Source: Geosiphon pyriformis uo1
Taxonomy: Eukaryota > Fungi > Glomeromycota
Direction: 5' to 3'
Assembly: GCA_016748015.1 (NCBI GenBank)
Contig: JAAOMT010000708.1
Span: 124,001 to 188,000, forward strand
Length of the DNA: 64,000 nucleotides
Shown: positions 50,070-61,700 of the stretch, piece by piece
Layout of the letters: every line of letters starts with the position of its first letter
Numbering within the stretch: position 1 is the first letter of the stretch
Notes under the pieces: model-generated
Database searches by the model: none
Told to the model about the DNA's origin: nothing
Seen by the model: the letters and a program-made list of their open reading frames with translations, nothing else
Translations under genes and position numbers: made by a program

Positions 50070-53000
50070 ACATGAAATGAGATAGCTGTTTCCATAAGTT
50101 ACACCATTGAGTTTTTTATAATTAACACAAAAGTGGATTTTTTCATTTTTCTTATGGACTAGTACCACTGGTGACCACCATAAACTTATTAATAGTTAAA
50201 TTAACTTGTTATCCAACATTCTGTTGATTTTTTGTTGAATAATCTTATGACTAGCTAATGGCACTTAATATGCTTTTTGTTTAATTGGTATTGTATCTAT
50301 TGGAGTGGATCTAAGTTTCCCAAGTTCATTTGTTCTAATTGTTCTGATTAGAGCAAATAACATTCTTCTCATCTATATATTATTTGTGATGTTATGTTTA
50401 TATATCTATACAGTTGTAAAAAATTTGGAATAGTGCTTGGTGGTTGGTTTTTGACTTTAGTGCTTAAATATTCAATGATGGTTATTTTTTGGTATTTCGA
50501 AAATCTTTTCAGTTGTATTGTAAATAAGAATTTTGATGTGTTTAAAGCTTTTGGCTAGTATGTAAAGATTGGTGATTCCAATTTTTCCTGATTTACAAAT
50601 AATAACTTCTACTTCAAAAATTTGAGCTTGATCTTTTACTTTACTTTCTATGACTAACATGTACTAATTATATGGTGGGATGAAAATTAATTGATAGGTG
50701 AAGATAATTTCTCTTTTATCAACAACTTTTTTTTAGCCATGTTGACTGGTATGTCTATTCTATTTGTGAATTCAAATCTATTTATTCCTCTTGCTGTCAT
50801 CCCTAATTCTTCTTTATTTTTTACTGATACTAGCTAAGCTATTTTAACCAGAAATAGGAATATTGTTTGTGCTATCTTTTCATTTAGTTTAATAATATAT
50901 TCTTTTTTCGAGTCATTTTGTAACATTGCAATAATATTTCTTACATATTTTGCATCAATTATTTTTTCATTAATGTTGATTTTTTTTTTCACTAAACTAC
51001 TTTTAAATGCTAATTAAACTATTGTTGTTGCTGGAATCTTTAATGCTACTTTGAAATTAATGCATGTACATGAATGTGGTTCTAATTTGATGATATTTTT
51101 CTCTAAATATCTAAAATTAAATTTGGCATCAGTATTATATACACATTCTGGCATAATGTCTTTATCATTATTGCTAAACCATTTCAGTTCTTGTTTCTTT
51201 GTAAGATTAAAAAATGCAATATATTGTTCTGAGTTTGAATTAAAATCTGAATTATTGTTATTGGTATTGCTATTTTGGACTGAACTGAAACTATTGTTTT
51301 TATTGTTGTCATCAAAATTTGAATCAGGATTGAATTTCAATTTCAATGTATAGCTATTAATTGGTTTTTCCTCTTTGGGGATTGAATAGATCATTCATGA
51401 TAGTGGATTGTAAATAAAGTTACACTCATTACAATACTGAAAGTTACATAGTATTAAACAGTGGTCACAAAGATGAGTATTAAGTTGTTTTAAACATTGT
51501 TTCTGCTTCTCTTTAGTGAGTGTTATTTCTTGGTAGTGTTTATGGAATTGTTCAGAATCTATTACATCAAAAATAATATCTGGATTTGGAACCCAAATGA
51601 TTTCTTCCAGTTTTGGTAAGTTGTTTTTGATTATTTTGATTTTTTCTGGCATCATATCTTCAATTTTGGCAATTGTCATTTTCTATATTTTATTGTTATT
51701 ATGTGGACAACTGTCCAAATGTTTTACAGTTTTTCTTTATGCAATATCTATAAACATTTTTTTTCTTACTCAGTTGCTAATCAGAATCATGTATTAACAC
51801 AATTTGTCATATATTCTTCTATGACCAGAAATGTTATTTCATATTTCTTTATTTAGAAGAGTTTCCTTACAAGCAAGGCATGATTTAATGTCCCATTTTT
51901 TTTGTTTTTTTGGTTGTCCAAAGTGTTCAAGGATGCATGAATAGCAGTAGTATTTTGTGACTATTGGTCATTCCTTATTATCACTACAACATGCGTTCAT
52001 TGACAACAATTTCTTGCCACAATTAATACATATCAGTTTAGATCAATAGTAGATTGAGTTAGAGCAATTGGTAGTGTATGGCATATAAATAAAAGTTGTC
52101 TCTCTCTTTTTTTTTTCCTCTCATGTAGGCACTGGTGATAAGCTATTGTGGTCATTATCAGTCCACAAGACTTGGTAGGCTTTTTAAGTAAGTCTTTTTT
52201 TCTTTTCTTTCAATTTGATTAGTGGGGCTTGAGTGGTGTTAGTTGGTCTGAAATAACTATATATGGCTGATATTCTAATGTACTGACTATTTTGGCTGAA
52301 TTGCAATTTTTGAGTGGTTTAGTCAAATACAGCATTTGTCTTGGACAACCAATTATTACCAACTAGAGCTTGATATTAAGTGGCTTCCATAATAAGAACT
52401 TTGATTGGTATATTAATGCTGTTAACTTTGATTGGAAAGTCATTGATTTCATTGATTGGAGTCTTGATGGCTCTATTAGCAGTAATAATTTTGGCACTAG
52501 CAGTGTGATTAACTTGGTAACTTAATTGGTTTATGAGTTGCTTGATGATAATGCTGTCTGCTGAACTATTGTTTAGGATTAGTTTAATGAGCTAACCATC
52601 AATCTTGGCATTAGTGTACATTGCAGTAATGAGTTTTGTGTCTAGAGCAGCTCTACTGAATAATGAAGTTATTGAGGATTCCTCAAGTTTAAAGAGAAAA
52701 ATTGTGGCTAGTAATTTGTTATTAGTGACAGTTGCTAGAAGTATGTTGTTGATGAATAGTTGAGATTGATTGGGTTTCTGGTTGTTGAGTTTAATGTCTT
52801 TTGGGATAACTAAGAGACTTAAATAGTGTTGGGTGGTTGAGTATTGGGCATAGCTAGTTTCCAAATTTTGCTGTCAAGATCCCAATAGTTGAGCAGTTGA
52901 ACTGAAGATTGGTTAATATATTATTATCATTAATTGTCAATTCTGTTAGATCTGAGTAGTTTTCAGTTTTTAACTTCCATAATAAAGTAGGTTTTGGGAC

Positions 53001-54968
53001 TGAGTTTGAATTGGTTGAAGCTAATAAATTAGCTGGGGTTGGGGCAGCTGATAGATTACTGGTACTGGATTTTAATAGATTGGTGCTTGATATATTGGCT
53101 GCATTATTTGGAAGTAATAAGGCTGAGATAGATATTGTTCAAATAATTGATTATTGTCATAATTCTAAGTTTGAAATCAGTAATTGGGATTTTGATACTG
53201 ATTTTCTGATTATTGATTATTTAACCATTTGCAATATTCAATTTGCAAATGTTCTTGTTTATTACAATAGTGACAATTTCACATTTTTTGTTATCACAGT
53301 TGATTGATTAATAATGATAGATGCATTTGGTTTTGAATACTATTTGAGTTCTCTAGATTATTACAATATTGTGGTGGTTGATAAATTGTCTAATTGGTAG
53401 CTAAGTATTCTTCTAATTTCTGATTAATGAATTCAGTTAATTGTTTCAGTTTCAAATCCAAGTCAAATGATCCATTCATTACTAGATTAATAACTTGGAT
53501 ATGGTTAGCTTCTAATTCAGCAGATTCTAAATTTCTGGTGTGGTTAATGGCATCTTGAAATGTAGCTGGGTGTAGTAGATGTACACATTGTAATAAGCTG
53601 CTGCATAGTCTGCAGATAAACTGATTCAAAATCTGAAATACCATAAAGTAGTTCATGTCAATAGCTTGAATTTAATGCAAATTTTAATGGAAATGTTCTA
53701 AGTAAGTGGTAACCACTTTAGTGTTTTCTTGTTTGATAGTAGTAAAATTAGTTACCAAGCAATTGATGCTGTTATAATTACTGAAATATTGTAGAAACAC
53801 GACTTTGAATATGTTAAAATCTTGTAATTTGTTTATAAAATTTTGGTACCAAAAATCAGTGGTGTCTTGTAGAAAGTACAAGATGGCTTACATTGCTCTG
53901 GCATTATTTTAGTTGTTGATGGTTATTGTTTTGGCTATGTTATTGAGCCAAACTTGGGTGTTTTTTTTTTGCCAGTGAATTTTTTTAATTTGGCAATTGG
54001 TACATAGACCATTGGAGCTATGATTGGTTATTAAATTGGTTGTTGCAGTGGTGGTTAAAGTTGTAGTTGTGGTGATGTGGCAACTGGTGGTAGATTGATC
54101 ATAATTACTGGAGGTAAGTTTTGCTGATTAATAATATTAGAGTTTAGATTGTTCTGATTTTGTAAAGTTGGAACAATTGGAGTTTGAGTTTCTGGGTTTT
54201 CTGGAATCAGGTTTTAATAGTTGAATTCCTAATCTTCATTTTTTTTTTCTTCTGATTTTGTTATTTCCCAAGAACTTACAGTTCTGAAATCTGGTTGAAA
54301 TGGTGGTAATTGAAATTCTGATGACATTGGTAATTGTAAATTAAACCTTTCAAAATAATTACCATAGGTTTTCAATAATTTTGCTTTCTTTTATTTACTT
54401 TGAAATAAAAGTTGGGCTAATGCTGTTTTCATGATTAATGTGGACATGTCAGTTGATGAAATATTAATAATACTTCTGGATATATAGTAATATGATGGAT
54501 TAGTTGGTGATTCAACTCTTGTTTTCTTTCAAGTAAGTGGTTATATTCTCTGAAGTGTTACTGCTGATGTTTGTAGTTTTTTTTTGCTCTTGTTTGTATA
54601 GGTAATTAGATATCTTTGTTGAGTGTGATTTTCAATTTTTTGATTGATTTTAATAATAATAAATGCAAAATTATAATTTACTGATAGGCTGGTGTTTTAA
54701 ATTAATTTGTTGTAAAAATTTCCTCTTGCTGATTTGATATCTACTGGTGCTCCTAGGAAATAAGAAATCTTCTCATTAATATAGAAATTAAAGACTGATT
54801 TTGCTAATAGGTGATTGCTAATTAATCTCAAATGTTAACAGTAATATTGAAATAAGAATTTGGCAAATTTTAAATAATTTGTCCCTATTCTTTCTAATTC
54901 TGCCACTTTTAGATGGTTGTTGTTAATGCTGGTTTTCTGTAGAATTATACTTTACAAGAAGCACCAAA

Positions 54969-55828
54969 TATTATAGGTAATTATTTGGAGTCTCAAATCA
55001 AATAATAAACCCATAACTTGGTACTTAAAAACTGTTACAATTGATATTATCTAAAGGTTTTGGTTGAGTTTTTTATATAATAGACAGAGATTTAAATGTT
55101 GTTTTATCTGTAGCTTCCCAGAATTGCAATTTCATCAAATTTTTTTCTTTAGTATAATGGCTGGTTTATTCTAACAGTCATGCTCTTTTGGTAAGCTATT
55201 TGTAAATTCTTTAATTGTTATACCCTTTCTTTGAGGTCTTTTATCAAACTATCTTTGATGTCAATAACTTAGTGCTTAATCTCTTTAATCAGTTAGCAAC
55301 ACAACAAAAAAAAATAAAAGAAAAATAAAATAAAAATAAAGAAAAAAAAATAAGCCAAGGCAAGTAAGTTAGTATTCTGTCAATAGTCATAATTAAGAGC
55401 TATTGTTCTAGTATGATTAGGTATTGAATATTATCAATATGTAGTGTTGATAATAGAAAGAGTAATTTGAATGGTAAATAGTTATTTTATTAATATTGAT
55501 AATTCTATTTTGCAAAATCTTGGTAGTGATTCTATCTGGAAAATTTTGTTCTTTCTGCTTCTAATGTTCTTGCTATATATACATAATTTGGGTTTTACAA
55601 GATTGCTTACATTCCTGAGCAATGTGTTATAATTTCTTAAGCAATGCTTATATTGTTAAGCAATATGTCTTAATTTTCTAACATTGCTCTACATTGCTGA
55701 ACAATGTGTCATAATTCTTGACAATGCTTCACATTGCTAAGCAATGTGCTCATGTATTAACTACTTTTTCTTATTGGTCTATCTGTTTTTTTTACTATTT
55801 TTTTGTATGTTCTTTTCTATAAGTAATA
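54969..55828 (-). repeat. 5' LTR of element D
   Basis: decayed TATTAC..TAATA termini, adjacent to PBS; downstream half aligns with LTR A. Confidence 0.82.
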
Positions 55829-58794
55829 ATGTATTTGGTATTATATACCACTTTTATAAAGTGAAAAAAAGCTTGGATTTCTATAATACCAAAATTACAT
55901 AATTGGAAAAAGATACTTATAAATACTAGGCTAATAGTTTTAATTGAAACAGTTCACAAAATCCTTTTTAAAATACTCTTAAATAAAATTTTCTTGGTCT
56001 GTAGTAAATTTAATGTTTTATACAGTAATAATTTTTTAGGTCTAAAAGATACATTCATTCAAATTCCAATTTTTATTATAAGTTCTATTATTGAAAATGC
56101 TTTAGAGAAAGGCAGAAAATTGTAACTGGTTTTTCAAGATATGCACAAAGCATATAATTCTGTTAGATAATATTATTTGCAGAATAGTTTAAATAGAATC
56201 AAGATATGTCCTTATTTTATTAGGTTTTTTGAAAACATTTATAATAATAAGATCAATTGAATAATAACAGATTTTGGGTTTGCAAATGGGTATACTGTTC
56301 ATAATAGTTTGGATTAAGAAAAGGTTTTTTCATCTTTGATGTAGAGAATTTTTTATGATCCTCTGCTGTATAAAGTTAAAAAGCATAATAGTTTGTGTGA
56401 CTACAGATTAAATATTAAGTTTATTACAAAAACTGGCAAGTAAGATCTCAAAAGTGGCATAACATTTTTTTTAATGGCAGAAATTTTCATGAATAATATG
56501 ATCTGGATCAAAAATAACATATTTACTATTCAACATATTTTAGACATTGTGAGTGAATTTTTTGTTATCAATGACATTTCAATCAACACTAAAAAAACAT
56601 TTGCCATTTTCATCAATTAAAAAGCAGTGGTTTCCAATTTATCAATAAATGGTTTAAATATTTTTATAGTAAAAAAGGATAAGATTCATAAATACTTAAG
56701 TATTTTTTCGTCCACAAATGATTTTTCTAAATCAAATCTTGCCAAAATTTATTCAGATGTTAAATTTTTCACAAATCTGGTTTTGAAAAAAACTGTATTA
56801 AATAAGCAATTTTTATATTTGGTGTTTGCTATTTTCTAATCTATAGTTGGTTATAGACTATAATTTAATTATGCTTCAGTAAATGCATGTGAAAAATGAA
56901 ACAAATTATTAAAAAAAAAATTGAAGCTTAAGACTAATTTGTCTAAAAACTTTCCTAATAAGACTATTTTTTATTCCAAATTTTAGGGTTTTAAATATTT
57001 CAGACAGATACAGACGAATTTGATGACTAATTTAATCATTTTTGCTAATTTGGGAGAAAGAAGAGAAGAGATTCTTAGCAGATTATTTGATCATAAAGCT
57101 ATGAATTTGCAAATCACTAATTGAATACTTCAGCACTCTTTTAATTTTCCAGTCACATTGTCAATTAATCTAATGAACTGCTTTTTGGTAGATGAAACTA
57201 TTACTCTGGTGTTGTGTAGTTTGTTTTTGGAAAACAATCTTCCAAATGTTTTTTGGGCTGATGGTAATATTATTATTGTTAATGTCCTGGATTTAGATTG
57301 TTATATTAATATAGTAAAATTTTTGAAAAGATTTGGCATCACTTTTGCTAACCAACTTCTGGATTATTGTAATGTTTGCTTTACATAAAACACATTTTAC
57401 AGATGGAAGAAACTTGATCTTAGAGATTCTGTTTCTGATTGGTTCAGCTTGCTTATTATGTTTATTAAGAGTAATAGTCTGGCCAGTTATAATGTTCTGG
57501 CTTCTTATCCTGTACCTGTTGGCCAATTATGTGACTTTGAATTTGCCAAAAAGTGTTTGCTAAAAAATAGAGCAAAAAAAGTAATTGTCTATATAGATAG
57601 TTCAATTAAAAACTTTGGTTCTGTTAATACTTGTGATAGCACAACTGCATATTTTTTAGACATTAATATGAATATTGGAATTAAGATGAATGGTTTGTTT
57701 TCTTTAACTCTAGTAAAACTACAGACTATTGCACTTGTACTAAATTGTATTTTTATGTTTAACTTAGTTATGTTGTTTATTGATAGTCAAATATCTTTAG
57801 ATATTTGTGCTTCAAATATGAAATATGCTGGTTCTAACTTTTGTGACAAATACTGGATTAAAAAAGAGCACATTTATTAAACTGTTTTATCAAAAAATTT
57901 ATTAGTCAATTGGAATAAAATTAAAAGTTATTTTAATGTTATTGGTAATAAGCATGTAGACTTTTTTGCCAATACAGTCATTATGTCTGATTTTACTATG
58001 CCTGTCAAAGTATTATACTGTTTTTTTGCTATCAAAAATAGATCAATTTCTAAAAATGCACATCATCTTATTAGATAGATATTTAATGCTATTGGTTTCA
58101 TTGGCTAAAAGTTTAAATGTGCTGTTAGTACTATTAATTTGACATTTTGTAATCTCTTCAATATGCACAGAACATTTGCCATGTGGTATCTTAATAATCA
58201 TATTAAGTCTGATTTTACCAGCTTTGTATTTACAGTACTTAGATTTTACTTCATGAAGATCATATATTATTGTTTGTTTGTGGTTAAAAGAAAGAAACTC
58301 TATAATTCTAATTATTTTAGTGTGTTATACATTCAATATGGGCTGATTAAAAACTTTGATTATACATTTTCATGTATTTATAACATTTGTATTAGAAAAA
58401 ATCTGATTTTAAACATTATTCAAAAGTAAATTAATTTGCTAAGTGTTTGTGCTACTGATTGTAAGATAATCTGATTTATGTGTGAAGGAAAAATTTTTGA
58501 CTGCTTGTATATATCTTTGGCTAAAGGCTTTGTATTGAAAAAATAAGTAGCTAAGATGGTGTGTTTACTGAGTGCTGGGTCTAATAGTAGTATAATGCTT
58601 ATTGATTTGATTAGAAGTTTTGCCAAAAGTCACAAAACTGCCATTTGGTTGCTAAACATACAACTGAAAATACATTATAAAAAGCATAATTTTTTGTTCT
58701 ATGATGAGTTAATTGTTCTTTCTATTTCAAATTTGTCATTCTTATAGACTTTTAAAATGATTCATAACTTTGGTATTAGGTTAAGTATACATGT
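55829..58794 (+). mobile_element. Decayed non-LTR retrotransposon (LINE) ORF2: RT, RNase H and C-terminal region; cut by D on the left and E on the right
   Basis: AWISIIPK..NTRLIVLIETVHKILFKIL, LVFQDMHKAYNSV, decayed AFVDD (EIFMNN), RNase H VYIDSS..VKLQTIAL..IKSY..GNKHVD. Confidence 0.8.
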
Positions 58795-61700
58795 TATTAC
58801 CTGAATAGAAAAACTGATTCAAAGTTATAAAAAAACATGACCAAAATGTAACATAACACACAGTAACACACAATAACGTTGAATAATATATTATAACTTA
58901 GAATAATACAGAATAATGTATTATAATGTGGAATAACACAGAATAACATGTAATAATACCAGATAACATGTTATAACAGAGAATAACTAAGAATAACATA
59001 AAAGAACAAAGCAATAACAAAAATAGCAAAGCAATAATTAGCAATAACAAAACAATTAAAAACAATCCTGTAAAACCAAAAGAATATATAAAAGCAAGTA
59101 GTTATAAAAATTAGAAAGAGACATCTAGATATGAACTACTAGATAAGAATCAAATATTCTTATCTCTTCTATCATTTATTCTATTCCATTTTTATTTTCT
59201 GAAATAAATTGATTATTGAGAAATCAGAATCACAAATTTATGTTCTCAAACTTTGTGGACTTTACATGAATTAACCATTGTTTTGTACTTTTGTTCTAGA
59301 ACAAATGCTCTTAGCATAATTGCTTTGAACTATTAATGATTTGAACCAATCACTCTTGATCACAGTAATTGACAATACTAATTCTTTTCTTTCTTTTATT
59401 TCTTTTCTTTTTATTTTTTTTCTATTCTTTTCTTTATTCTTTTGTGAAGTAACAACATAGTAAAATTGACTGTCTGAGAATAGACTTTGTAATAGCCTGG
59501 TAAAAAAAAGAGACTCTCTCTAAGTTTTGGATATTAATATTATCTTGTTAGCTTACCAGAAGAGCAAAAAAACAATGCCAAATCCTAACAACTGTGTTTG
59601 TTAGCTCAGAGAAAAAAGCTCACTTTTATAAGAAGTTGCAATCAGTAAAAACCAAAACTCTGTGTCTTATAACCAAAAAACTCAATGGGTAAATTTACAA
59701 CCAGTAAAATAAGATCTTTAAAGACTGATAATCAAAGATTAAGCCACCAGTATTACATGAAACACAAATTACTAATAATTGAAAATACCAAATGTTACTA
59801 TTTTCTTACCCAACCAAGTTTACTCATAACATTTGGTGCTTTCTGTAAGGTTATAAATCCACAAAGACAAAGCACCCCAGAAATTCACAAAAGTGGCAAC
59901 TATTGAAACAGTAGAAAAGAACCACTCCCCATATAGAAGAACATTATTTCAATACTTTTGACAAAACTTAGAAATACCAATAAAAACCACTTATACAGAA
60001 AGTGATTTTTGTAACTATATTAACACAAAAATTGACTGCTTATTAGGCCACACAACCAACATAGAAAAACTGGAAGAACAAATCCATCAAAGCTTATTAG
60101 GGTACTTAACAGCCATAACTATTTGAGCAATTGCTGAAACTCTGCACATAATTGATACAAACATTAAATATTATGTGACAAAACAATTTTCTTAAGTACA
60201 ACAACCAGTGGAATCTGACCCTAAGAAATATAAAGACAAATTCAACAACCACACAATTGTTCAAACCAAGTCTACAGTCAACAAAAAACCAAAGTTCTTC
60301 TCTCCAACAACTCTATTATACTATTAGACACTCCAAAGTAGAATTGTATTCAATTCACTTCCAAAAAACCAGTTAGAAACATCACAAACTCCTGGAAATC
60401 CACACCTTTGGATCAACACAGTTGAACTAAATCACTAGAAGAATACAGATTACTGTTTAAAAATCTTATCCTAACAGCCAGTCAAACAGAAGAAAACACA
60501 TTAACCTAAGAAGAACCACCAGCACAAATCTCAACAGAATTAGCATTTCCCCTGATGAAAAGAACAGCTATCTTGTAACCTATTGATTCAAGTAACAAAA
60601 AGAAACAACCAGCACTAACACCTGAAGAATACTTAAACACATAGACACTAATACTTTCAACATCAAACAGTAATACCCCACCTATTAACTAGATCATGGC
60701 TTATTGAAATATCACCAAACTAGAAAAATTCTCTAGTGAAGAAAACAACACATATACATGGATTGTAGAAGCCAAAAAAGCCATTACCACCAACAATTGA
60801 GATAATAATAAGATCATTTAAGCATTGTTATTTTTTCTAACCAGAACTACAGACTCATAGTATCAAAATCTTACAGAGAAACCAACCAACTTTGCCACCT
60901 TTAAACTGGCCTTTTTGTAATATTTTTGTAACTCCAATACTTTCATTAGATTACAAAATCAGTTCAGTATCATAAAACAAAAAAATCATAAAGCTGTGAC
61001 CACTTATCTTAGACAATTCAATCAAATCCTTCATCAAATCCAGGCCATTGAAAGGAACTACTACATTGTGGCATAAATCCTTAATCAATTTATCAAAGAA
61101 TTAAAGAGCAGTCTCCTCCAATTCATAAAATCTTACCAACCAACAAACTTACAAGAGGCAGTTACTCTTGCTCATAACTTTGAGTCAGCAAAACAAAAAG
61201 CTAATTATATTCAAACTGTTAACCTGGCTATTAATGAAACATCTAATATTGACACAAAAATAACTCAATTAAGTAAGAAATTAACTCAGAAAATTGAAAG
61301 ATTTTTAGCCAGTACCATAAGACTCTATCAGCCACCACAATAAAGGGATAGTAATAACAACAGATACCAACAATAAAAGAATTGTTAGCAACAACAACAA
61401 CCTTGGAGATCCAATCCTTACAATTGTTAATATTGCCAAAAACCTGAATATATTGCCTGAAACTATTATAAAAAAGTAATGAACCAAAATCAAGAAAATC
61501 AATATTAGCAACCAAAATACTCTCAAAACATGGTATTCCAATATCCTGAATCTCAATATTAACTGCCTCAATACTCACAACAAATTCAGTATACCCAGCA
61601 ACCACCTTAGAACTACTACCAATTATCGCAACCAATAATTCAAACAGCACCTCAGTACTAAAATCCTGTTTATAACCAATCTAGACATCATGTAATTGAT

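Larger units (their letters stand above)
39323..55828 (-). mobile_element. Ty3/Gypsy-type LTR retrotransposon D (related to A), heavily decayed, interrupted by C, 3' end lost at the solo LTR
   Basis: 5' LTR 54969-55828, PBS TGGTGCTTCTTGTAAAG, gag from 54906, protease ~52300-52620, Cys-rich region ~51410-52040, dUTPase ~50765-51155, RT split at C, RNase H stop 39893-39895, integrase fragment 39860-39323. Confidence 0.88.

Noticed and set aside
59685-59906. ATG-initiated ORF in LTR E spanning the PBS as a Gag leader
   Set aside because: Frame not conserved in B, and the B 3' LTR has ACA at that codon, so the ATG is probably a decayed ACG
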